Shown here: positions 1-13,766 of the stretch, piece by piece
Numbering within the stretch: the stretch's first letter is position 1
Layout: every line of letters begins with the position of its first letter
Source: Phaeosaccion multiseriatum
Lineage: Eukaryota; Protista; Ochrophyta, other classes
NCBI GenBank assembly: GCA_965112735.1
Contig: OZ218964.1
Coordinates: forward strand, 868,001 to 932,000
Direction of reading: 5' to 3'
DNA length: 64,000 bases
The notes under the pieces: model-generated
The model's input: the letters and a program-made list of their open reading frames with translations, nothing else
What the model was told of the DNA's origin: nothing
Databases searched by the model: none
Program-made: the position numbers and the translations under genes

Positions 1-307
1 CCTCTGTCGTGGGAGGGTCCTCCACACTCTCCTCGATCCCCTCTCTTCCCCCTGCCCCTCTGCCCCTCTTTGCCCGTTGCTGTTGCTAACCCTAACGGAT
101 CGATCGCCTACCTATCGGGCGCTGCACTCGAGAGTGAAGGCTCACAAAAGCCCCCACCCCTTCGCAGAACCCTTTCTGGCGAGAAGAGAGACCTTGAACA
201 ACCTAACAACACATATCAAGTCATCAGCTCACTCGCTCACTCGCTCACTCACCGACTCACTGGCCACTCACTCACCCACTCACTCACACACTCACTTAGT
301 ACCCAAT

Positions 308-3300
308 TCAGTACCCAATCTTGTTCCTCAGGCGCGTCGCAGGCAGCTGGGCATTCCCGCGGTACATAGGATTCACACCAGAAACAACTTCGTCCTCCAA
401 CTCCTCCTCCTCCTCCCCCTCGTCCTTGGCGGAGTCTAGCCCTGTGTCCGTCTTGTCATCACCACCACCCCCGTCCCTGTCCTGATCCCATGTGTCCTCC
501 ATTCCAGGAGTGCCCATAATCGAGTTTGGGGTACCGGTCACAATCGCATCTCGATCACCCCACACGTCATCCTTGTCCACTCCTCCTCCACTCACCACGG
601 TAGGGGCATTCGATTGACCTTTCCCGCCCCTACCAGCACCGCCCCCCCCGCCCGACGGCATGTGCACTCTACGTTGCTCCCAATATCTCCACAAAGCATA
701 CCCCCCAAAGGCCACGAGGAGAAGGGAGCAGCCCGCGGTCACACCTACCCAGGCGGCCTTCTCGGTCGCAGAGCCGCCTCCTCCTCCTCCCCCTGCGCCC
801 AGGTCTGATCCAAGTTGCACATCCCCGCGATCACGCAGAGAAGGATTGGCTGACGGTGCGGGCGTAGGAAGGCGCCACGGTGGAAGGACCGGATCCGACG
901 CGGCAGGCGTGTTCGCACCCTCCTCCTCTACCACTTCCTCCTCTTGCTCTTCCTCCTCCCCCTCCTCCTCCCCCCCCTCCTCCTCTACCACCACCCCCTC
1001 CTCCTCCTCTACCTCCCCCCCCTCCCCCCCAGCCCCCACTTCCACCTCCTCCTCCTCTATCTCCTCCTCCTCCTCCTCCCCCCCCACAACCTCCTCCTCC
1101 ACCTCCTCCTCCTCCTCCTCCACCACCACCTCCTCCACCTCCTCCTCCTCCTCCTCCTCCTCCTCCTCCTCCTCCTCCTCCTCCTCCTCCTCTACCACCG
1201 GTGCCGGGCTGGGCTCTTCAGCGTCTTCCTGGACCGGAGGAGGCGTCTCTACATCTGTGCTTGAGCCCAACCCTAAATTGGCGACTGTTGGTGGTGCTGT
1301 TGGTGGTAGAGTTGGTTGTACAGTTGGTGGGGCTGTTGGTGGTACGGTTGGTGGGGATGTTGGTGGTACGGTTGGCGCTCCTGTTGGTTGAGCGGTTGGT
1401 GGTGAGGTGGGTGGCCCAGGAGTGGGTACGGGGGTGGGTGGCGAAGGCCCGAAGAACGCCGTGTCATCGCAGTCCAGGTATGGACAGGGGAGGTTGTAGA
1501 AAGTCACGGACTCCGGGTCCTGCGTCTCAACTGTTTGGAAGGAGAGCACGTAAACCTCTCCGTTGCGGTCCCGGGCTGTTAAAAGGGAGGAGGATGGGGG
1601 ATGAGGGATGGGGGATAGGATTTAGTGACAAGGAGGAGGAGGAGGAGGAGGAGGAGGAGGATGAGGAGGAAGAGAGGAAGGAGGGAGGAGGAAGAGAGGA
1701 AGGAGGGAGGACGCAGTGAGGACGCGGTGGCATCTCATTGTCGTATGGCTGAACACGCGCACACACAGGTGTGAGGGGTGAGGTGTGAGGTGTGAGGTGT
1801 GAGGTGTGAGGGGTGAGGGGTGAGGTGTGAGGGGTGAGGTGTGAGGGATGAGATGTGAGGGGTGAGGTGTGAGGGATGAGATGTGCTCACCGAAAGTGGC
1901 CGTGAAGGGAAACCCCTCATCCCAGAGCTCCGTCGCATGAAACGCTCCCTCCCCCATCTTCAGTCTTACAAGCTTCTTACTGGCCGTCTCGTAGTCAGTG
2001 AAGAAGAAGTTGCCGTCATACACGTCGTTGTACACAGCTCCACGGTACACAAAGCCACCCGTTATGCTCAGTCCGGTGATGCCCAAGTCTGAGGAGAGGG
2101 AGGGAGGGAGGGAGGGAGGACGGAAGGAAGAGGGAGAGGGAGAGGGAGAGGAAGGAAGAGGGAGGGGGAGAGGGAGAGGCAGTGAAAAAGGGGCAAGGAA
2201 CGCGGTGCGGGGGGGGTTAGGGTCCTGATTCGGCTTGCCGCGGCGCGCTAGAGCTTCCTTGGAGGCTGTATTGCTAGCGCAGCGCAGCGAGGGCGGCGAT
2301 GGCAGTCGAAGAGCCTGCATCCAAACACGCGCACGCACACACAGCGCCTCAAGTGCGAAGCTCTAGTTGGGGTAGTTTGCAGTTCCAGTGTGGGGGTCTC
2401 CTCGGCCTCTTAGATCCCTCTTACCTCCGCACAGCTCCGCGTCTGTGGCTCCGGGGTGACAGTACTCATAGGCAGGCAGCTGAGGGTAAGCGGGTGTATT
2501 TGCAAGGGATCGTGAGGGAGACAGGAGGGTGACGGGGAGAGTAGGGGGGTCTGATTTGATTGAGGGTGGAGGAGTGATAGATGGGGAAGGGGGAGAGTTA
2601 CAAAGGTGGAAACGTGACCCGCTCGTGGCACAAAACACACACGCATGCACGCACGCACGCAAGAGAGGCACCGGCAGCCCAGGCCTCTCTCTCTCTCTCT
2701 CTCTCTCTCTGCGCACCTCAAAGCTTGGATCTGCGCTCAGCTCGGCGCATGTGATGGGCTCTGGGTTGGCGGGGTTACAATACGAGCCCTCAAACACTGG
2801 CCAACCGTAGTTCTTGCCACCTTCCACCACCTTCACGGCCTCCATTGTCGCTTGCCCCACATCGCCGCAGTACAGCTCTATGGAGGGAAGGAGGGAAGGA
2901 GGCAGGGAGGCAGGGAGGCAGGGAGGGAGGGAAGGAGGGAAGGAGGGAAGGAAGGAAGGAAGGAGGGAGGGAGGGAGGGAGGGCTGAGGATTTGGCATTG
3001 ACCGACGAACAGCAAGGGGGAGGGCAATCAATCGCACTCTGCAACACATCACCAAGACAAGACCCCTCGTTTGTCACGGACGGATGCGCCTGTCGTAAGA
3101 CACTGCTTGAAGCAGCAAAAGCACACACGCGCGGAGACTAAACGCTTCACAATGCCCTCCTTCTCCCCTTCTCCCCTCCTCCCCTCCCACCCCGCAACTC
3201 GTGCCCTCCCACCTCCCTCACCCCCCCCGTGCATCTCTCTCACCTCCAGTGAGTGTGTCGAAGCTACACCTCCAAGGGTTGCGCATACCCCACGCCCACA

Positions 3301-4987
3301 CCTCCTCCTTGACATTGGCCTGCCCGACGAGGGGGTTGGTAGGCGGGATGGAATACATTTCCGCATCAGTCGCCAGGTTGGGATCGGTGCTGACTCTGAT
3401 CCGAAGCATCTTGCCGTTGAGTGAGTCGAGGTCTTGGGCGTTTCGGAATGTGTCATCACCGCCTCCGCCGTCGCCAGCGGAGATGTACAAGTCGTATGCA
3501 GAGTCAGCGCCCGAGAGAGCCGAGGCAGGCTTGAAAGAGAGGAAGCCTCCGTTGTGGTTGGAGGCTTGGCTCGGTATGTCAATGACCACTCGCTCGGAAG
3601 CAAGGGTGGCTGCCGCATCTCCCTCCACGTATACGAAGCGCGAGACTCGCGTGTTGGTAGTCTGCGTCGCCAGTGAGAGGTCCTCCACCGAGAAACAGAG
3701 GAAGAAGACCTGGCTGGTGGCGAAATCGGGTGCGAATTCTAAGTCAAAGACGCCCTGTTCTCCTCCCACAATCAGAAAGCCGTTGGTCGGGCTAGACGTG
3801 GTTCTTCGGTCGAACAGCGGCGAGGCGGTGGTGGCGGTGCGAACATGTGCGAGCTCGTGGACCGTTCCCACTTGACTGACGAGCCACCACGCCTCCTTGA
3901 CAGGATGGTACTTGGCGCTTACTACAGAGCTTGGCTGAGGATGGGAGGCGGGAGGGGAAGGTCGGGGCGGGCATATGGGCATATGGTGTGGTGAGCAAGG
4001 GAGGGAGGAGTCAGAGGCGGCGTATTGATGTTCGTACAAACAAATCCGTACACGCGTTACGCACATTCACACATACACACACACACGCACACACACACAC
4101 ACACACATACACACATACATGCACACACACACGCACACGCACACACACATACATACACACACACGCACACACGCACGCACCAAGACTCCTGGGGGCATGT
4201 CAGGGAACACCTCGGTCAGAGAAGTGGGGTCGTCTGAAGTGGCTCCCCGGTAGAAAGGGTAGCAGTAGTACGGATCCGGTTCTATCGTGTGAGCGTCGCA
4301 GAAGTCGTCAGTAAGGCCAGTCAGTGCCCGGTCCGATGCTGAGCTACAAGCTTCCATGTAGGCTGTGCAGAAGCTCGTGCTGAGCATCAGCGCGCCCTGT
4401 TCGTGAAGATGTACTGTCCAGGGGTGGCAGTCCGCACACAGCACTGCGTTTGTGTTTTGTTTTTTGTTTGTCGCGTGGTGCGTGCCAGGGAGGAGAATGG
4501 CGGGTAGCAGCAGCAGCAGAGGGGAGGGCGAGGGAGAAGGAGAGGAGTAAGTAGAGCAGACTTGGGCAGAGGGTATTTGGTCGGTGAGATGAACGAGTGA
4601 TTCAATGAACGTTCGGGAAGGAACGAGAAGGGTCGGCAAGGGGGACTGGAGGACACATGAAGAACTAGCACTCCTAGGGTGCCTTGAACGCTGCCTTCCC
4701 CTTATGAGTCTGCTACTACCATGCAGACACAACGCACCTTGTGCGTGCATGGACAGGCATGCGCTGCTGATACCGCTCGGTGTGGAGGCCGCAATGGCGG
4801 CATCCTCTGCGACGCTACAACAGCTCCCGTCAGGGTGGCTGTTAATTTCTGAGCAGAAGTCCAGAGTGGTGTCCGCCACAGGGGAAGAGAAATCGTTGCA
4901 TTGGGGGTGAGCTCTGCTGCAGGGCAGTGACAGCAGCAACAGCAGCAGCAGCGGCACCCCCTTCACGGCCTTACGCCGCTCACTCAT
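308..4987 (-). CDS. HHIP/HIPL1-like protein: signal peptide, Cys-rich folate-receptor-like domain, glucose/sorbosone dehydrogenase-type beta-propeller, Pro/Thr and Glu-rich stalk, TM helix, cytosolic tail (about 7 exons)
   Basis: N-terminus [36 protein letters not shown]. Propeller motifs [88 protein letters not shown] repeats, then [29 protein letters not shown] introns are filled with microsatellites. Confidence 0.85.
1769..1884. repeat. 7-bp GTGAGG(G/T) tandem repeat in an intron
   Basis: Directly visible tandem array, about 16 units. Confidence 0.85.
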
Positions 4988-6159
4988 CGCCGCAATGAGC
5001 TGCTGCTGCTACTGGTACTGGCGGAAGGGTCGGCGTTCCACCTCTCGCGTCACCGTCTCCCTCCCGATTTCCCCTCCCCCCCCCGCCCCTCTTTCTCTCT
5101 CCCTTCCCCTCTCTCTCTACTTGGAGCGTGGTATCGGCGAGGGAAATACTTCACCCTTTCCCCCTCTTCTTCTATTTTCTTTTGTCACAGATTCGCCAAT
5201 GGCCGTTCTTGGCCAGATGCCTCCTTCCTCGCGTGAAAGGCTACCCAGCGAGCTATGTGTTTTATTTTCAGTCTGTCCTGTACGCTGGAACGGTGCGCAC
5301 TAACATGTGTATAATAGCGATCTCGCTGAATTGGGGGTCGTCCCGTTACCGCCGTCGGAGTTTTTTACCCAATTTATTTATTTATTACCCAAAAAAAACA
5401 ACAATGTAGAATACAATGTAGAGGATAAAGAAAACGTCGCGAATGAAATGGTTTAAATTGTGTCAGTGGTGCTTCTGGTGCGATGGCATATGGCGTGGAG
5501 TCTTCACTTAAAAATGATGTCCGATGCTCGTGCTCTCTTGACTGGTGCGGCTCTTCCATCGACGTCGGCCAAAATGTCCTGGGGGCTCCTCTTCTTCCCA
5601 TCACTGGGTGCAAGAACGTTCTCAAAGTGCTCACCTTCCCTGTCAAGCACTGCTCCATTTCAACTCCCAAATCGACGCTGGCCAGCCTCATTACGGAAGG
5701 AAGACTGGGCCTAAAAAAAAGGATCGGTACGTACGTAAGCAGCAGGAGCAGCAGCAGCAGGAGCAGGAGCAGCAGGAGCAGGAGCAGCGGCAATGGCAAC
5801 AACTCAAGGAAGAGCCGTACTGGAGAGCCGGTGTGCTACAGGAAAAGGCAGTGGGGAGCTGGTCAAGAGGACAAATCGTAGAGGCACATGGTTAGAGCGC
5901 TGAGCAAGCAGCATTTTGGCCATTTGGAGGCATGTAGGATAATCGGACACGCTATTGAGCTGCCATCCTATCGCTGAGTCAGCAGTCAGCAGGCGGGCTC
6001 CAGCGCGCAGGCATATGGGTGGGGTAGGGCAGTGACGACACTTCTCGTCACGCTCCCAGGAGCTACCTACAAGGGTACGGAGCCTACCGCTCACTCCAAT
6101 TCCCCCTAATGTAAAGTGTGGACGTCCAGATGATAAGACGTACTAGAAATTGCTAAACC

Positions 6160-8303
6160 TTACACGATCCACCCAAGTACTGTCCTTTCCTGTGCTTTAG
6201 CGCGCTGTCCTAGACGCTCCTAACTGCCCTTCCTTGTCACCGACCGAAAACTGTTACGCCCTCAACCCAAAATAGACCTCCTCTATTCCCAGTATCGAAG
6301 TGCAATCGAAAACTCCCCCCCCTCCTTGTCAGACTGGCAGCTATTGGCGCGTGCTCAGTAGCGTAGCTATGCAAACAGAGGTGTCAGGGGTCGAAGCCAC
6401 GGACTGGTAGGGAGGTGTCATTGCTCGGGACCATGGAAGAGAGAAGCATGCGTCTCGCCGTGTCCACGCCATCTCCGCCAGTATCTACTGTCGTCGCAAG
6501 CTCGTCCCGGGCCAGGTCGTTGGTCTGCTCGATGGCCATGCGTGACAGCGTCTCCAGATACTCCGGGGTGGTCTTGAACTTGGCGAGGAAGTTGCTGTCC
6601 AGCAATGCGTACACCTCCCCCACAGCCGGACCGAAAACGGATCTCCGGCTGTCCAGCTGCAATGTGCGATACGTACGAGTGCGGGCGCAGTCAGAGTATG
6701 AATTGCGAGGGGAGGGAAGAGCGTACCCAATGAGCGACGGAATCTGACTCTGCTTCCCCACGGCCACCAGGCCTGGCGTGAGACCTTCCCTCACTCCCTT
6801 CCTCAGTCTCTTGCTTCTTCTTACCTTGTCGCTGCTGCAGAAGACCGCCGGATCCATGAGCCGCATCGTGTTCACACGCATGTTTGAATGAATATTCACC
6901 TCCATGTCGGAGAACTGCTGAATGAACTTGCGACACGTGTCCACGTACATAGCATGGACGCTCTTCAAACTACTGCCACTACTCCTCCTAGGCTTCGCAA
7001 CGACAACTTCTTGCAGCAGCAGCTGCTGCGACTGCTCTTGCTGCTCCAGCCCCTCCTCCTGCTCCTGTACTGGCTTTGTGCCTTCCCCCTCTGCAGCGAC
7101 AAGCGCTGCATCGTACTTCTCCACGGCCCGGAGGAATTCAAGACTTTCGACGCATATGGCCCGTCGAAGAAAGTCCTCAAACAGCGGCGACATTTCGGTG
7201 CACGCCAGAATATCTCTTGTGTTGGCATAGGCGCTTCCATCACGAAGAGTGGTCACATTGTGCCTCGAGGCTAGGGCCGTCTCGGGACATACCTTGTTAT
7301 TGTTGCTGTTGTTGACCATGCCGCCTCCGAGCCTCGGTTTTAGCATTTGCTTTCGGATCCTGGGGTCCCTGATCCAGCGCAAATTCCCCCACCAAAACAA
7401 GCTCATGATCGGACACACGGCACAGAAAGCTGCGAAGAGTAGGTTGATGCTTGTTGTCGTGTGGAAGGAATGGCTGAGATCTGACACCATGCGGAACACA
7501 AAGAAGCTACCGGCACACGCACCAAAGACGCTGAAGCTGATGAGTAGCTCCTGTCCGACCAGCAAATCGTCGTTGGAATTGTAAACTGCCTTGGCCCATG
7601 CGAATACCAAGCCAGTAAAAGCCACGGCAGATCCCGCAGCGAGTACCCAAGGCTGAAACATGTAGCAAAGGGAATCGGGGCCATCGGTGAAGACGAAGGG
7701 CTTCCAAACAATCACCGCTATGATTAGGGGTGTGGTACTCAGGCTCGACCCGATCACCATCCTCCATGCCCACTTGGGGTTGATGATGTAGCGGTACTTC
7801 TCCCGGGTCTCACGGCCGCTCGTTGCCACCACCATCTTCACCCCCCGCAAAATAAATGCCAAGCCTGGGCACAGTAAGCAACAAGTTGAGCAGCGACGAG
7901 CATGGAAACAAGAAAAGAGGATATGAATCGTTAGGAGCATGTGCTGATGGAGAGCGATGCTGGTCTCTTGCAGCCGCACGCCCCACCCTTGACCGCTCGA
8001 CTCACCCACTGTGCTGAAGCCGACCCAGCTATCAACCACGATAAAGGCACATGAGAAGGTTGCCTCCTCGAGGCGGCGAATCTCGCCAAGAAGAATGACT
8101 CCTGTCGTTAGAACCAGGTAAAGGGTATGGCTCAGAATGAGGCCCGGGAACCTCGCCCGGATAAGCGGGACATCTCTGGACTTCCACAGCCACCACGCCT
8201 TGGGAAGTACCACTGACAAGTAAAGGGCAAACAACACAACGATTGTGATTGACAGTGCGTGCATCGTGTTGATGTGCGTTGCTCCCGTCACAATTATGAA
8301 GTA
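6160..8303. repeat. Tandem duplication unit 1 (paired with 9777-12602)
   Basis: Near-identical sequence starting TTACACGATCCACCCAAG at 6160 and 9777; homology ends at CAATTATGAAGTA upstream of both ATGs. Confidence 0.95.
6384..8264 (-). CDS. 7TM-RGS protein (regulator of G-protein signalling with seven TM helices), copy 1; introns 7865-8005 and 6657-6824
   Basis: Seven hydrophobic segments, IRARFP after TM1, NDDLLVGQEL before TM6. RGS motifs FEDFLRRAICVESLEFLRAVEKY, FIQQFSDMEVNIHSNMR, VFGPAVGEVYALLDSNFLAKF. Splice sites GTGAGT/CCCAG and GTAAGA/TGCAG. Confidence 0.85.
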   Translation of the reverse strand: MHALSITIVVLFALYLSVVLPKAWWLWKSRDVPLIRARFPGLILSHTLYLVLTTGVILLGEIRRLEEATFSCAFIVVDSWVGFSTVGESSGQGWGVRLQETSIALHQHMLLTIHILFSCFHARRCSTCCLLCPGLAFILRGVKMVVATSGRETREKYRYIINPKWAWRMVIGSSLSTTPLIIAVIVWKPFVFTDGPDSLCYMFQPWVLAAGSAVAFTGLVFAWAKAVYNSNDDLLVGQELLISFSVFGACAGSFFVFRMVSDLSHSFHTTTSINLLFAAFCAVCPIMSLFWWGNLRWIRDPRIRKQMLKPRLGGGMVNNSNNNKVCPETALASRHNVTTLRDGSAYANTRDILACTEMSPLFEDFLRRAICVESLEFLRAVEKYDAALVAAEGEGTKPVQEQEEGLEQQEQSQQLLLQEVVVAKPRRSSGSSLKSVHAMYVDTCRKFIQQFSDMEVNIHSNMRVNTMRLMDPAVFCSSDKVRRSKRLRKGVREGLTPGLVAVGKQSQIPSLIGYALPSPRNSYSDCARTRTYRTLQLDSRRSVFGPAVGEVYALLDSNFLAKFKTTPEYLETLSRMAIEQTNDLARDELATTVDTGGDGVDTARRMLLSSMVPSNDTSLPVRGFDP

Positions 8304-8388
8304 CTACGAAGTACATGTATTTCAGGCCTGTGTCGGTTACGGAATGAAAAATGAAAAGTGGCCTTTTTTTTTTTTTTTTTTTTTTTTA

Positions 8389-8794
8389 CTGTGATTTCGC
8401 GGTTGAGTGGCACTTTTGACGCCCAATTACGCCCCATTAATTTTTTTTTACGCCAAATGACGATTTTTTTGACGACGTTTGACGACGTTTGACGACGCTT
8501 TAGCCCCCTAGTTGACGCCCTTTGACGCCCTTTGACGCACTTTGACGCCCTTTTATCTTAATTCGCCTTAATTTCGTCTAAAAAAAATCACGGAAAAAAA
8601 AATCACGGAAAAGGGCGTCAAAGGGCGTCAAAGAGCGTCAAAAGGCGTCAAAAGGCGTCAAAAGGCGTCAAATAGGGGGCTAAAGCGTCGTCAAACGTCG
8701 TCAAACGTCGTCAAAAAAATCGTCATTTGGCGTAAAAAAAAATTAATGGGGCGTAATTGGGCGTCAAAAGTGCCACTCAACCGCGAAATCACAG
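8389..8794. mobile_element. Foldback MITE, 406 bp, about 160-bp terminal inverted repeats, TA target duplication
   Basis: TA|CTGTGATTTCGCGGTTGAGTGGCAC...GTGCCACTCAACCGCGAAATCACAG|TA. Arms are built from 10-bp TTTGACG(C/A)CN subrepeats. No ORF. Confidence 0.9.
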
Positions 8795-8859
8795 TATCAA
8801 TTTTATTTTTTTTAAATGGGTACTGCCGAAATTGACAAGTCAAAGCGAGTGCGAAGGCT

Positions 8860-9324
8860 GAACAGTGTGGTCCTTCACGGCCTCTGCAAATGCAGGTCGA
8901 GACGGCTCTTGTCTCACTGCAGGTCCGATCTCCCCATCCCCTTTCCTTTCCGCTCAGATGACCTCCTGCGTGGCGTCATGACCGCTCTGCTCACCGAAGC
9001 CGATGAGCTCCTCCAACGTCTCGCCGGAAGAGCCGGGGTAACTGCTGTCGCTCTCGCTGTCGGAAGACGGGGCGCTCATCGCGAGAGCGACTGTTCGCGC
9101 AGTCGCTGCGTCGAGCTTTAAGCACAGAGATGTGGCCTGCTGCCGCGGCCTTGCTTCATCGAGGTCGGAAAAGTAACAGCTGTCGAGAAAAACCGGGACG
9201 GGAGACACAAGAAGAGAGAAGGAGGGAAAGAGAGAGCGGGCGAGGAGTTAAGAGAGGGGCACAGCAGCACAACACTCAGCTTATCACCCTCTCTCTCTCT
9301 TCACCACTCTGTGTCTCTCCCTCC

Positions 9325-9375
<51 letters not shown>

Positions 9376-9682
9376 TCTCTCTCTTTCTCTCTCGACCTTT
9401 CTGTGCTTACCAATTGATCAAACCGCTGTTGTCAATCTGTGCCGAACCGGAAGCAGCCTTGGTCACGCTGCGCGGTTTACTGCCGGGCTGGCTGGTGCGG
9501 TGGAGTCATCGTCAAAGACTCGTCACAGATGCGGCAGCCGCCGCCAACAGCTCCTTGTCTCCTTCCTTTGCTGACACCTTTCAATCCTCCTCTGGTGAAC
9601 CTTTGGCTCTGCCCCTCCTCGCTTCCTTGCCACTTTGAGTAGGAGTGCTCGTCTTGTTGCTCTGTCGAGTAGGGGGCGCCAT
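8860..9682 (-). pseudogene. Degraded ORF remnant of unknown function between the RGS copies
   Basis: Coding-like stretches (MAPPTRQ...KVSAKEGDKELLAAAAASV; LDEARPRQ...ETLEELIGFGEQ) are broken by stops and a (CT)n intron-like tract. No recognisable domain. Confidence 0.3.
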
Positions 9683-10000
9683 GGTGCTGTTGCTGGTAAA
9701 TGGGACTATGCAGGAGGCGTAGAGAAGGAAGGAAAAGAGAAAACAAAGAGATTTGAGACGGGAGAAGGATGGAACATTACACGATCCACCCAAGTACTGT
9801 CCTTTCCTGTGCTTTAGCGCGCTGTCCTAGACGCTCCTAACTGCCCTTCCTTGTCACCGACCGAAAACTGTTACGCCCTCAACCCAAAATAGACCTCCTC
9901 TATTCCCAGTATCGAAGTGCAATCGAAAACTCCCCCCCCTCCTTGTCAGACTGGCAGCTATTGGCGTGTGCTCAGTAGCGTAGCTATGCAAACAGAGGTG

Positions 10001-12563
<2,563 letters not shown>

Positions 12564-13766
12564 CGTGTTGATGTGTGTTGCTCCCGTCTCAATTATGAAG
12601 TAAAAAATAAAAAAGCCCTTTGGGGGCCGTTACGGAATTCATTCGTATACTACGTCCTGACACCTCGACCCCTCTCTCTCTCTCCCTCTCACACTGCTGC
12701 ATACTTGAAATTGTTTATATTGTATAAGGGAGGGGTACATGCGATTTCCAGGGGATGCCAAAGCAGGGCGGGCAGACGCGTCTCTGCCTCGCCCTTACTC
12801 CCATCCCACCCCGTGGATCATGGATTCCCGATAATCCTACTCGTCCCCCCGGGCCGGGGGGGTGGGGAAACTTTTGCTGTCGCTGCCGTCTCCTTCTACG
12901 CGGTGGACTGCTGGGCTGCTCCGCCCCTTCGCTGTCCTTCTCACCGCGCTGAGCTCTTCGGCACTTGCTACAACTCTTGCGACGCCGTACTCGCGTCGCC
13001 TCCTCTTTCCACAGTTGTGAATGCTCGATTCTTGCTATACCCCGGTGGAGTGAACGTATTACGTGGCCGCACGGGCCGTTGGGCCCTTGCGTCAGTCGGC
13101 GCGGCGTGCCCTTGCCTTCGACCATTTTCTAACTGCCTATCCTCCCCGTTTCCTGAAAATACGTTCTTCGATACTATCGACTCGTAAACTCGCTCTGCTC
13201 GAAAAACTACCTTTTTCTCCTTTTCTTTTTTTTCCCTCCGACCCGACTGGGCCAGAGGCTCCTCCTCTTTATTGAGTGCTTAGCTTTCCACAGAGAGCGA
13301 CGAGACGCACGCACTCACACACAGAACCAAGGTGCCAGGTCGTCTTGTAGCACCCTCACCCCGCCGCCCGGTCTATTCACCACCGGCCTTCTCTGCCTCC
13401 TCTCTCGAGGCGACGACGCAGCCGAAAACGCAGAGAGAGCAAAGCGCCTCCCTCCTCCTCCTCCTCCTCCCTTCAATTCTACAAGCCCCCTACCGTACAC
13501 AGAGCGTACTCTAATATGTTTACAACCCCCTGTTCAGCCCCACCCCGAAAATCGGACGCCGTGGGCCCCACTTGCAAACGACCCGTCATTCCGCGCTCGC
13601 ACAAAGCACAAGAGGCGAGGCGGTTCGTACCAGGTAGCCGCTGTTCCACCGCTGGTGTCCCATCCATTTGCCTCCCACCGCCTCTCCGCCTGCCGCCTCA
13701 CTGCTGCGGCTACTGCTGCTTCATCTGCTGCTTCCTGTCCTTGTCCTTGTCCTTGTTCTTCTCCTC

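Noticed and set aside
1280-1410. GTTGGTGG repeats resembling the dispersed motif core or a Chi site
   Set aside because: Explained by Pro-Pro-Thr codons in the HHIP-like stalk; they lack the GATACAG half.
1769-1884. G-rich 7-mer array as an interstitial telomere
   Set aside because: The unit GTGAGG(G/T) does not match TTAGGG or TTTAGGG, and it lies inside an intron.
5374-5900. Possible gene remnant (minus-strand LDREGEHFENVL, faintly like a KCTD-type BTB motif)
   Set aside because: The match is too short, there is an in-frame stop nearby, and no consistent exon structure could be built.
12715-13187. ORFs including RRRKSCSKCRR (possible transposase zinc finger)
   Set aside because: No second Cys/His pair or other TE hallmarks; cannot be supported.
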